A stretch of DNA of 62,956 nucleotides, filler included, from Babesia bigemina (taxonomy: Eukaryota), in the NCBI RefSeq assembly GCF_000981445.1. It is 8 parts of 8 records of this genome, joined end to end, with 100 filler letters (N's around TTAATTAATTAA, not from the genome) between each part and the next. Parts side by side here need not be neighbours in the genome. Positions count along the whole stretch, not along the records: positions 1 to 7,602 come from NW_012236963.1; positions 7,703 to 16,005 come from NW_012236964.1; 6 more parts are not named here. One strand, written 5' to 3'. Under the pieces are notes generated by a model. It had not been told where the DNA came from, did not search any database, and saw nothing but the letters and a program-made list of their open reading frames with translations. This document shows, one piece after another, positions 1-11,700 of this stretch (position 1 is its first letter; the number at the start of each line of letters is the position of its first letter). A program made the translations under genes and the position numbers.

Positions 1-590
1 AAGGGGCGATGTGGAGGGGTTAAGGGGCGATGTAGAGTGGGTTAGGGAGCGATGTAGAGTGGGTTAGGGAGCGATGTAGAGTGGGTAAAGGGGCGATGTA
101 AGGTGGGTAAAGGAGCGATGTAGAGTGGGTTAAGGAGCGATGTAGAGTGGACTAGGGAGCGATGAGGAGTGGGTTAAGGGGCGATGTAGAGTGGATTAGG
201 GAGCGATGTAGAGTGGGTTAAGGAGCGATGTGGAGTGGGTTAAGGGGCGATGTAGAGTGGGTTAAGGGGCGATGTAGAGTGGATAAAGGGGCGATGTAGA
301 GTGGTTTAGGGAGCGATGTAGAGTGTGTTAAGGAGCGATGTAGAGTAGGTAAGGGGCGATGAAGAGTGGATAAAGGGGCGATGTGGAGTGGATAAAGGGG
401 CGATGTAGAGTGGGTTAGGGAGCGATGTAGAGTGGGTTAAGGGCGATGTGGAGTGGGTTAGGGAGCGATGTAGAGTGGGTTAGGGAGCGATGTAGAGTGG
501 GTTAGGGAGCGATGTAGAGTGGGTTAGGGAGCGATGTGGAGTGGATAAGGGAGCGATGTGGAGAGGGTTAAGGGGCGATGTAGAGTGGAT
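1..590 (-). repeat. 22-bp tandem array A (plus-sense consensus CCACTCTACATCGC(C/T)CC(T/C)T(A/T)A(C/T)), downstream of gene 1
   Basis: Degenerate GGGCGATGTAGAGTGGGTTAAG units with period 22, the reverse complement of the arrays elsewhere in the window. Confidence 0.97.
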
Positions 591-614
591 GATAATCACC
601 ACTTAGGTCACCAC

Positions 615-940
615 TGTCATCGCTGCCGTGACCATGCCATCGCTGCCGTGACCATGACATCGCTGCCGTAACCATGTCATCGCTGCCGTGATTATTTCAC
701 CGCTGCCGTAACCATGTCACCGCTGCCGTAACCATGTCACCGCTGCCGTAACCTAGACATCGCTGCCGTGACCATCTCATCGCTGCCGTTACCATGTCAT
801 CGCTGCCTTGACCATAACAATGTCATCGCTGCCTTGACCATGTCATCGCTGCCGTGACCATGTCATCGCTGCCGTGACCATGTCATCGCTGCCGTAACCT
901 TGTCATCGCTGCCGTGACCATGTCATCGCTGCCGTGACCT
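615..940 (-). repeat. 20-bp tandem array B (GGTCACGGCAGCGATGACAT, reverse orientation)
   Basis: TGTCATCGCTGCCGTGACCA repeated with period 20. Confidence 0.96.
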
Positions 941-1230
941 TAACTTGGTCACCACGTTGGTCACCACGTTGGTCACCACGTTGGTCACCACCTTGGTCAT
1001 GGCATTGGTCAGCACCTTGGTCATGGCATTGGTCAGCACGTTGGTCACCACATTGGTCACCACCTTGGTCACCACTTTGGTCAGCACATTGGTCAGCACG
1101 TTGGTCACCACGTTGGTCATGGCATTGGTCAGGTGGTTGGTCAGCATCTTGGTCACCACTTTGGTCAGCACCTTGGTCAGCACATTGGTCAGCACGTTGG
1201 TCAGCAGTTTGGTCAGCACTTTGCTCAACA
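941..1230 (-). repeat. 12-bp tandem array C (TGCTGACCAATG-like, reverse orientation)
   Basis: TTGGTCA core every 12 nt; explains the low-complexity ORFs 923..1275. Confidence 0.96.
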
Positions 1231-1356
1231 CATCAGTTAAGTACTACACAATCACATACAACGATTAGTGAGTGATGCAACAGATTAAAGCACAATTCAT
1301 AAGTTAGGTGAGTAGGTGATGCTAGGTGAGTGTAGATAGTAAACACGTGAGTACGA
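1231..1356 (-). other. conserved type-A 3' flank/3'UTR block of ves-like genes
   Basis: Near-identical to 14944-15067, 40270-40392, 49483-49605 and 59048-59169. Confidence 0.85.
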
Positions 1357-4300
1357 TTATGGTTGCAGGTACGATATCTTGCCAAGGCTGCCAACACGTG
1401 CAGCAGCGAGTAGTGATTGAGCGGCTATCCTATGACTTGAGGGTGAGTGCAAATGCGATTTGATGTGGAGCAGGTCGAGGCGGATGACCATGATGTGGAG
1501 GAGGTAGAGAAGGGAGAGGAGCCAGAGGGCGACGTTGAGCCAGAAGAATTTGCTTCTGATGTTCCATATGAATTTGGGGATACGTCGTGTACTAATTTGG
1601 CGAGTGGAGCCTCGTCATCTATTTTATCGCTCAGAACTTTCTGCAATGCGTTACATAGATCTTTGCAAGTACGTATCGTTTCTTCGCCGCTTTCTCCGCT
1701 CATGTTCGATAGGCTTTTGAAGACGAAGCCATACTTACACAAAGTGGGACGTGTGAACGGGCAGTGAGAAATAGGGTTGCAGTGCACAGTGTGGCATGGC
1801 TTGTCGGATTTTCTGCTTTTACCTTCGTCGGTATATTTAACTTTACATGGTTTTAAAGCAGACTTTACCTGAACATCTCGGGCCTGGTTTATCGCAATTG
1901 CTGCAGCAATCCTTGGTAAAATGGCTCAAACAAATTGGTATAAGGTTTCGGTAATGTATAAAATCCAAGATAGGTATTTGTCGGCGTGCTCTTGGGAGAA
2001 CACAGTCCACGTGTTGAGGCGGAATGGCTTCAAATAACGGCCACATGTTGCCGTCGACGACGACGTACTGTCGCAGCTGAAGAGACACAACATGTCTCCT
2101 TTGGTATGGAGATCGTTCTGCGTTCTCGTAAAGAATACCGTTGGCATGTCCAATTGGGGATAGGGTACGCCGAAGTTGGCCCCTGTAACGGCATCGATGA
2201 ATGCGCTTTTCTTATGCGTCTTAACATCTACTCTACCTTTGATATTGCGATTCCAATCGACAAAGAAATTGTAGTAGAATGCAAACATATCGCCGAGAGT
2301 CTGAGGGGGGCGTTGCAAAAGACAAAGCAACTGGCTACATATTCTGGTAAGCGGCGCTTCTGAATTACCACAGAGCTCATCGAGGACTTCTTTAATGTGT
2401 TCACCTTGCTTAGTATGCGACGCTACATTGCTGATATCTGAGAAACCCATAGGTGTCATACATGGAATTCCTCTGTGTTTAGCCACTGTGCATTCCAACT
2501 TACAACCTGGTTTGCCAAACTGGTGAGGGAGGAACCCCGGTAGGCCATCCTCCAAAAATGACTGTAACGGTGATTTAAGACCGCACTTAGGGTGTTGGTC
2601 ACATGTTTGGTCGGCCTTTTGATTGGCAATTTGGTTACACGTTTGGCCATTCATTTGGTTAGGACATTGTTTATCATTGCACCGCCAATCCGAGCCCCCT
2701 ACGTATCTGCCATACCAACACTCACGCCAACTGTTTGTCTTGTACGTACGTGAGCACTGGATGAATAAGAAATAGAGTTGGTCGTAGAGTCTATGCAACA
2801 TATCTACAAGCACGTCGAAGCATTTGGCAGGATCACTTGGATACGAGAATTTAAATTCATTGGTGTTGAAGTCTACAGCATATACGCCACCAGCATGACC
2901 GTGGCCTTGGATTGCTGTGAGAACTGAATGCGATTGTGCGCATACGTCCGTAAGCGCAGCAGTGAGGCTACCAGGTGTGATGTTGTGCGGATATGCTGGC
3001 AAGGACACGTCGCTGACGACGGAAATTGAAGGTTCAGTTTGTACACCTGCCTCCGCATCTCCATTAACGACAGCGATAACCGCTTTCTTATTCTCATCCG
3101 ACGCTTGTTCATCAGCCTCGTCGAATAATGTACTGAAATAGTTAAACGTTAATTCGCGATGGACCGAATTATTAGGCAGGCCTGCGAACCATATGAGCAT
3201 TTCGTAAATCGAAGATGGTTGTTTTTTAGAACCTGAAGTGCCCAAATGACAGACTTCATAGTAATGGTGGAGGTGGTAGGAGAGGTATTGAAGAATGTCT
3301 AGGACAGTGGGTGGATGAGTATTTCCCTTAGTAGCTTTTTTGAGATCGAGAAGTTCTTTAATCCACGGCGTCTGCAAGCTATCTTTAGTAAAATTCTTAA
3401 TGCGTTGGCTTAGAATCTCATCGCAAATTTTGCTGCCCATCATAGTCTCCTTGTCCTGCAACTCACCATGCTGCTTGCCCTTAACGGTGTTAACCTTGTA
3501 ACCTTGCCTCTCGAACCATCTGCCAAAAGTATCATCTTGATAAGTATTAATTTGTTTTCTCATCCACTGCTTTGAAGACTTTGTCATCAACTCTTCCAAG
3601 TCGTGACTCAGTATCTCCAGCACTGTGAGAAATACTTTACAGCAATTCTTACCATGATCGCTTAATTTACTTGTAAACGTGCCATCCCAAGCAAAATGAA
3701 TAGATGGATCTCCCTCATACCCGTTCACATACACCCGCTCCATCTGCTCGACAAACCCCCGCAGCCCCGCTCTGACCGCATCGAGCAGCTCCGGGTGCCG
3801 GGGGTTGGCGAAGGCGGAGGGGGAGAGAGCGGTGAGGGAGGAGGAGAGGCGGGAGAGGAGATTAGTGTAAGTATTGTCAAATAAGTATGTTCTGGGTGGT
3901 TTAGAGTCATTTTTAAGGTGGTTGAGCAAATCGTCGAAATTAGTGTTGACAGCGTCCAGCAGCTTGACATTGGGGTCTTCGGTCGGAGGCTGTGGTGGAC
4001 TTTCAGGAGTAATTTGTTGCTTGATATACCTATGAATATTGGCAAAATAGGCGTTGAACTCGGTGGATAATTTTTTAAATTTCTGAAGATGATCTGCGCC
4101 TGTGAGTGGTGACGTCAAGGACTGGGCAAACTCACTAATTACGTTGAACAATTCAGACCTATTAGAGTCTTCAAATGTATATGTATTTGTTGATTTTGAC
4201 ACGTACTTATTACCTCCCATAACCCTCATAAACCCCTTGAACCCGATTTGCAGATCCCTGTCAATCTCCGCCGGCAACCCCGCCAACTCCTGGCTGACCT

Positions 4301-6989
4301 TGTCCGCGAACGCGGTGAGGAGCGATTTGATGGAGGTGACGTAGTTGCGGCGGGCGGCGGTGGTGAGGAGCCGAGTAGAGTTATCTACTTGGATGTTGAC
4401 AAATTGTTCGAGATGTTTCATTATTACATCGCGAAATGCTTCAGATTCTGTCTGGAAATTTTTAGTAGCCTCTATGGTTTGTGCCACATCGGTTCGTATG
4501 AGACCTTCCATTTTCATCTTAATTCCAATTAGTTCATTGTCATTGGTACCGTTAATAGAGTTGTTTATAAAATCGTTTAAATAGTGTTGCGCTTGTTCAC
4601 CGCTTTCCCTAACGGCACCGCACAGTTGTTCGACATGGTGTATAATTAAGTGAAGCTGTGATTCCGCATAGTTATTGATTGAGTCAATAGATGTTAGAGC
4701 CTCCCTGACTTTGGCTCCAATTTTTCCAATCTCCAATGGAAGGGCGCCCTCACTATTATCAGGATTGCCCGTCAGAGGTGACACAATACTTTGGGAGACA
4801 TGCTTAGTGTAATGTGGAAAAGCATTATCGTTAACGTTTACTTTTGCAGCTCCATTAGCGAGTACAACGCTTCCCTTGTAAGGCAACTTGCCACCAAGCG
4901 TGATAGCCACCCCGTCAATCGCCTGGTCGATATTTGTCACGTAGTCCACTGTGAAGGCTTCACCAACAGACGCTTCAATATTATGAAACAGCTTTTTTGC
5001 CACACTAACCGCAGAGTCCAGGTTATCTCCCATCTTGGACATCTTCCTGGAACTTTCATGACCGATTAACAATTTGAGTTCTTCTGCCACCTGCTGGGCT
5101 GTTGCTTGGAGAGCTGCCAGCGCCGTTTTAACGGCGCGTTCAAGGGAATAATCGTAATCAAACTTGGACGGTGTGGGACTCCTAACTTCTGTTTCGATAG
5201 CTTTTACAATACTTTTAACAAGTTCGCTAGTATCACCGGACGTGAGGCCCTCCTCATCTATCTTACTACTGAGCGTCTGCTCAAATTTTTTGATACAATC
5301 ATATACAGCGACTAAATTCCCATCCGTTTCCTTTTTGCCGGACTGAATTGTTGCATTTTCAAGCGATATTCCGAGCGCAGGTCTAATTGCTTCCGCAATT
5401 TTACCGGTATGTGAATTGCTGAATTCTTCTTTACCCTTCGTTATATAACCCTCCTTAAAGTAACCGATGCTACCGCTCTTCTCTTTTATCCACTTCCCAA
5501 CCCAGCCCTTTACTCCTGAATTATTGTCCAAAATAAGTTTTATCCACCCCTGCACTGTGCTTTCGAACGTCTTTTTGAAACGCTTGGAGTAGTCGTCGAC
5601 TATGAGCTTTTTTATACCTTCGAGACCGAAGCTTCCTAGGGTGCTACCCCTAATTTTGTAGAGCTCTGACTTCACATGTTTGAAAACGTCTGCAAATTTC
5701 CGATTTTTATCTCCTGTACCAGCTGTGCCTGTTCTAATGACTTCGTTGAGTTTACCGATTGCTGTTTTAACCTCTCCGAGTTTTTTATTTATTTGCAGTT
5801 TGACCTCTCCCAAATCTTTCTTTAAATCTTCATTCATTGATGCAACCTCCTCCAGTGCCTTTTTCACCTGAGCAACCGCATCTTTTCTGGCGGATTCCCC
5901 TGCCTTATGAAGTTCTGACGCCTTATCTCTTAACTCCTTTGCGGCGTTTTCGACGTCTTTTCTCCTTTGCCCTTTTTCATCCCATTTTACGTCATCCAAT
6001 ATATTTTGCAGTCTGTATTTAGCCGCCTGAATTGTGGCATTTGCATCCTTGATCCACTGCAATATATCTTTTATACGGTTTTGCAGAATTATGCCAATAC
6101 CTTCAATTTTTACCCTAATAATTGTAACCTTCGTGTTCAATTGGTACACTAGGTCCGTAACCTGCTCAGTAAACTCTTTCGTGATCTCAGCTTTTAGGAA
6201 TTCGTGAACACTCTTAATTTCCTCCTCCATACTCTTCAAGTCCCCTCGCTCCTTCTCCGCCAGCTTATACAGCCTCTTACCCTCATACGAAACATTGTTT
6301 AATGCAACATTTACACGATCTCTACAATTAGAATTAAGGTCTAAAATGTGTTTATTATTGTCATTGAGTTTGTTGCAGAAAGCCTGACCGGCGTCAAAGA
6401 ACTGCTTGGCAAGCATCTCAGCCCTGTCCACGGTCTTGACAATTTCACCTGCATCAGAATTATTTTCATCCAATTCACTCACCTGATTATTAAGATGTTT
6501 TACATCCTCTTGTAGAATTTTTATCGGATTCATGACTCTGTTATTAGAGTCTCTGACACCATCATTATACCCCCGCACCCCTGCGACCACACTTCCAATC
6601 GCAACACTAAAACCTTTTTTACCGGCGTGTTTATTGGTCTTCAAAGCTTCAATAGCTTCATTAATTTGTGTTTTATGCTGCCCTAAATGGTTTTGGATGT
6701 TACTGAGAACACCACTCAAAAATCCCATCACCCCGTCACACAGCCTATCCAGGTCGGAGTACACTATCCCAGTGCCGTCGTAGCCTTTGGACTCAGAGTT
6801 GAAGCCGAGGAATTTTTCGAGGCCGTCACATAAATTATCTAAGAGATTTTTACAATCATCAGACTTATTTTTTTCAGTAAAAATGCTAAGCTTATTTTCA
6901 AGTTCTTTAAGTTGTTTCTCACGCTCTTCAATGTCCTCCAAAGCTTTTTTAGTAGCATCGTCACTAAGAGAATGGTCAGTATCAGCAAG
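1357..6989 (-). pseudogene. ves1: VESA1-like variant erythrocyte surface antigen, gene 1; three apparent frameshifts near the 3' end (possibly sequencing errors) and no in-frame start ATG
   Basis: ORF 1926..6941 contains LCDGLEKFLGFN...IVYSDLDRLCDGVMGFLSGVL and SPLQSFLEDGLPGFLPH. Homology continues in other frames (1843..2088, 1425..1787) and then as IPKFIWNIRSKFFWLNVALWLLSLLYLLHIMVIRLDLLHIKSHLHSPSSHRIAAQSLLAAARVGSLGKISYLQP, stop at 1357-1359. The frame is open upstream to 6989. The ves subfamily is uncertain. Confidence 0.7.
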
Positions 6990-7176
6990 TTATTATAAAG
7001 GTTTATGGAGGTCATAGCGTTAATATAACGAAGTAATTCGAGAGATTTGGAGTTAAGGCGAACATGATGGGACATGGCAGTGGCAAGAGGTGGAAGAAGG
7101 GAAGTGGAGGGTGACAAGGCACAAGTTATTGTGATGGTTAATGGAGGTCATAGCGGTATTATGGCGAGGTAATTCG

Positions 7177-7602
7177 AGCGATGTAGAGTGGGTAAAGGGG
7201 CGATGTAGAGTGGATAAAGGGGCGATGTGGAGTGGGTTAGGGAGCGATGTAGAGTGGGTAAAGGGGCGATGTAGAGTGGGTTAAGGGGCGATGTGGAGTG
7301 GGTTAAGGAGCGATGTAGAGTGGATAAAAGGGCGATGTAGAGTGGATAAAGGAGCGATGTGGAGTGGATAAAGGGGCGATGTGGAGTGGGTTAGGGAGCG
7401 ATGTAGGGTGGGTTAAGGAGCGATGTAGAGTGGATAAAGGGGCGATGTAGGGTGGCTTAAGGGGCGATGTAGGGTGGGTAAAGGGGCGATGAAGGGTGGG
7501 TTAAGGGGCGGTGTAGAGTGGGTAAAGGGGCGATGTAGAGGCGATGTAGAGTGGATAAAGGGGCGATGTGGAGTGGGTTAAGGGGCGATGGAGAGTGGGT
7601 TA
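7177..7602 (-). repeat. 22-bp array A upstream of gene 1
   Basis: GGGCGATGTAGAGTGG units with period 22. Confidence 0.97.
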
Positions 7603-7702
7603 NNNNNNNNNNNNNNNNNNNNNNNNNNNNNNNNNNNNNNNNNNNNTTAATTAATTAANNNNNNNNNNNNNNNNNNNNNNNNNNNNNNNNNNNNNNNNNN
7701 NN
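7603..7702. other. artificial contig spacer N44-TTAATTAATTAA-N44 (also at 16006-16105, 24559-24658, 33250-33349, 42113-42212, 51090-51189, 60125-60224)
   Basis: Identical 100-nt structure seven times; the palindromic linker has stop codons in all six frames. Confidence 0.98.
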
Positions 7703-8670
7703 CATCGCCCCTTAACCCACTCTACATCGCCCCTTAACCCACTCCACATCGCTCCCTTATCCACTCCTCATCGCCCCTTAATCCACTCTACATCGCCCCT
7801 TTACCCACTCTACATCGCTCCCTAATCCACTCTACATCGCCCCTTATGCACTCTACATCGCTCCCTAACATACTCTACATCGCCCCTTTATCCACTCCAC
7901 ATCGCCCCTTTATCCACTCCACATCGCTCCCTAACCCACTCCACATCGCTCCCTAACCCACTCCACATCGCCCCTTTACCCACTCCACATCGCCCCTTAA
8001 CCCACTCTACATCGCTCCTTCATCCACTCCACATCGCTCCCTAACCCACTCCACATCGCCCCTTTACCCACTCCACATAGCTTTTAATCCACTCTACATC
8101 GCTCCTCTATCCACTCTACATCGCCCCTTTACCCACTCTACATCGCCCCTTAACCCACTCTACATCGCTCCTTTATCTACTCCACATCGCCCCTTTATCC
8201 ACTCTACATCGCCCCTTAACCTCCTCTAATCGCTCCCTAATCCACTCTACATCGCCCCTTTATCCACTCCACATCGCTCCCTTACCCACTCTGCATCGCT
8301 CCTTTATCCACTCTACATCGCCCCTTATCCACTCTACATCGCCCCTTTACCCACTCCACATCGCCCCTTTATCCACTCTACATCGCCCCTTTATCCACTC
8401 TACATCGCTCCTTTACCCACTCTACATCGCTCCCTAACCACTCTACATCGCTCCCTAACCCACTCCACATCGCCCCTTAACCCACTCTACATCGCCCCTT
8501 TACCCACCCTACATCGCTCCCTAACCCACTCTACATCGCCCCTTTATCCACTCCACATCGCCCCTCTATCCACTCTACATCGCTCCCTTACACACTCTAC
8601 ATCGCTCCTTAACCCACTCTACATCGCTCCTTAACCCACTCTACATCGCTCCTTACCCACTCTACATCCC
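7703..8670 (+). repeat. 22-bp array A upstream of gene 2
   Basis: CCACTCTACATCGC core with period 22. Confidence 0.97.
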
Positions 8671-8760
8671 CCGAATTACCTCGCCATAATACCGCTATGA
8701 CCTCTTTAGACCACAATAATAACTTGTGCTATGTCATCCTTCACCTCCCTTCTGACTGTG
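8671..8760 (+). other. conserved array-to-gene linker (GAATTACCTCGCCATAATACCGCTATGACCTC...AATAACTTG)
   Basis: Also starts at 16822, 25092 (variant), 34719 and 53366, and occurs twice on the minus strand within 6990-7176. Confidence 0.85.
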
Positions 8761-11700
8761 TCCATCGACTGGTTGATCCAGGTTAGGTATGCGAATGGTG
8801 GCAATGGTGATGGTCTTACCAAGTTGTCTCAAGCTTTGAAAAAGTTGATTGAGGAGGCTATAGGTAACGCTACTAAGTCCCTCCAATCCGAAAAAAAGAA
8901 GCTTTCTTGCCCCTTCAAATACTCTGATACTGAGACTTATTGTCAGTACTACGAGAAGCAGATTAAGCACTGTGAGGAAGAGCTTAATAAACTTCAATCT
9001 CAACAACCTAAGAAACCTAATAATGAATACGAAAAAAATCTCTTAACTTCCACAAAACAACGTTGCGATGATGCTAAAAAAGCCTGTATAAAGGCTCACC
9101 AAAAACATCCTCCATCTGCTGCCTTGAAGTCTGTTGACTCCAAGATTGTCCAGCTTGGTGAATTGGCTGGGCAGCTTGGCGCTTTTGTTGGTGAAAGTGA
9201 TGTTGTTAAGAAAGCCGTTGAGAATGCTATTATCGCTGTAATTAACAGTAATGAAGAGCTTAAAAAGCTTTACTCTCCTTATGTTACTAAGCTTTCTGAG
9301 TCTGTCAACTCTGGTGGCAAGGCTGATGACACCGGTGAAATTGGTCAACTTCAAGTTGAAGTGTCTCGTAAAATTACTGAAATTACTAACCAAATTAAGC
9401 AACTTAAACAGCAAAATAAGCTTAATAATAACTCTCTTCCTTCCCCCTCTCCCTCTGCTGAGCTAGCCAAATTGCAGTCCAAGTTGGACGCTTTGAAGAA
9501 AGTGGAGGAGCTTTGTGAAAATTATGAGAAACTTAAAACTATGCCAAATGAGCCTAAAAACCTTTTAGAGAATCTTTGTGACGGCCTTCAGACTTTCCTC
9601 GGCTTCAACAAAGACTCCAAAGGCTACGACGGCACTGGGATAGTGTACTCTGACTTGGATAGGCTGTGTGACGGGGTGATGGGATTTTTGAGTGGTGTTC
9701 TCAGTGCGGTGAAAGATGATGAAGCAGTTAAAACGTACGATAATATGATGAGTAATAAGCTTGAAAAGGTACTAGAAGAGGTAAATAAAAAAATTGGCAC
9801 CGGGCGTGATGGGCTTGCGGCGTCTGTCGGCGCATTGAAGGGGTGGTTGGGGAAATATCTCCTTGAATTAGGTAAGCGAACTAGTACAGTCACAGGGCAT
9901 TTAGGTACACTTTGTGATGAGATCGAGAGGACGCATATCAAATCGGTGTCAATGAAGAAGGATCGTAAACTGGAAGAACAGTTGCAAGATTGGAAGAACA
10001 TCATCCAAATAATTGAACAGCACATAAATAACATAAATACAGAACACGTTAATAAATTGGATAACACATTAAAAAACAACGTAATGCGTGAAATTGAACC
10101 AATAATCAACGTCGTAAAACATCTAAAAGATGTGAGTGCCGACGACGTGCTCAGATGTCAAGCCGTGAAAGTGGACAATGAATTGCTGAAACAAAAAAAT
10201 ATATTAGAAGCTGCGATTCATATGAACAGTGACGATGTGCAGAAAACGTTAAGAAATGGAATTGATGAAGTTGTGAATCATATAAATACATTGAACGATA
10301 AGAGGAAACAGCAGATTCAATATCTGGACGGCGTTATCGCAACAGCAGATCAGCAAGCCCAAATACTTCTTGACGAATATCGAAACAAATATACAAATGG
10401 GATTGATGGGATGTTTGCAGATCTTCACGGTAGTATAAAAGATATTGAAGCAAATAAGGCGGGTGTAGAAAACGATGATAATAGTAGATGCCCACTTGAA
10501 AAGCAAATTGAGGTAGTAAAAAAAGCAGTTGAGAGCATTGAAGAAGCATATAAAAGCCGGTTGAAAAAGGTAAAAACGGCGGTAGATAGTGCGGTAGGCA
10601 CGACTAGAGGAACAATCAGGGGGCTCGGCTTGGGACTCATTAGGGATTTGAGAAGTTTGAAAAAAAAGGTGGAACAATATATTAAGGCGTATGTTAAAGG
10701 GTTGAAGGAAGCAGGTATGGAAAAATTGGAATGGAAGGTGAAAAATGATTTGAGAATCTTGAATTCGTGTATCTATACTAAGGTCACGGAGTATATTGAG
10801 GCGGATATGGGACTAGACATTAAGAATGCGCTGAAAGCGATGACCGATAAGATATCGGGTGGCGATACTGAGAATGGTCCTTTAGATTTGATTGAAGTCG
10901 GCGTTGCGAAGTACGTTGATAAATTCACTCAGAAGAATTTTGGAAATCAAATTTTGGAACAGTGGTTAAAACAGATATTGCAAAGTAAACAAGTCAAGAC
11001 TTCGCTGTGGTATTATGCCAGTGATGACTGGCATCAGCAGTCAGATCCTTACAAAAATAACGGAACCAGCGAGCAGGCTATTGCACAGGCAATCGTAAAA
11101 CAGCTTACTGAAGAAATGCAAGCTGCCACCAGATTGGTCACAGATAGGGAGGTAAGTGTCACTCAGAATTTGAATAATATTAGATCCTGTCTAACAACAT
11201 TTGCTCAGAAGATTCAAAATCGAATCATGCGAAACGACCTGGGAGAAATTGCCTCAAATATATTAGGTGCGGTTGACTCGAATGTTAAAAAGACCAGTAG
11301 TAAAGAAGCCTCTCATCTCATACCAGCAGTGGACATCATTTTCCAACAGCTTCATGGAATGGCAAAACAAGTTTCGGATGCTGTGGAAATGCTTCTGAGG
11401 GACTGCACATTTAATAACGTAGACGGTGCAATATTAGCGGTGGAAGGACTTCCGGAAGATCTGAAAAACGAGGTTGCCAACAAAGGTAATGTCAAACCTA
11501 ACACACTGGGTGATACAATTAAAAAGACGTTAGAAACAAAGGTGAAGGTGGCTATCGGTATGGGCGGCTGGGATTCAGATATAAAACTTGGTGAGAATAG
11601 GCTCATGGATGAATTCATCAGCGCGTACGAGAAACTCTTGAAAGCCTTCGAGACCAAAGATCTCGATAGCAAAATTGAAGTATTGTTTAAAGGGCTTCGG

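Noticed and set aside
1..590. True telomere
   Set aside because: Telomere-like hexamers are embedded in a 22-bp unit and occur on both sides of genes; there is no pure telomeric tract
615..1230. CRISPR-like appearance of the short repeats
   Set aside because: Units are contiguous with no unique spacers, there are no cas genes, and the context is eukaryotic
923..1275. ORFs such as VLTNVLTK, LVSTLVTT and GQHIGQH (also at 15034-15688, 23451-23756, 49571-49844, 59136-59427)
   Set aside because: By-products of a stop-poor 12-bp repeat that is open in several frames on both strands; starts and lengths are not conserved
7647..7658. TTAATTAATTAA palindrome recurring about every 8.5 kb
   Set aside because: Assembly linker embedded in Ns, not biological sequence
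6989..8731. Head-to-head genes 1 and 2 resembling the B. bovis ves1 divergent pair with a bidirectional promoter
   Set aside because: The junction is an artificial spacer between size-sorted contigs, so the relative orientation is arbitrary
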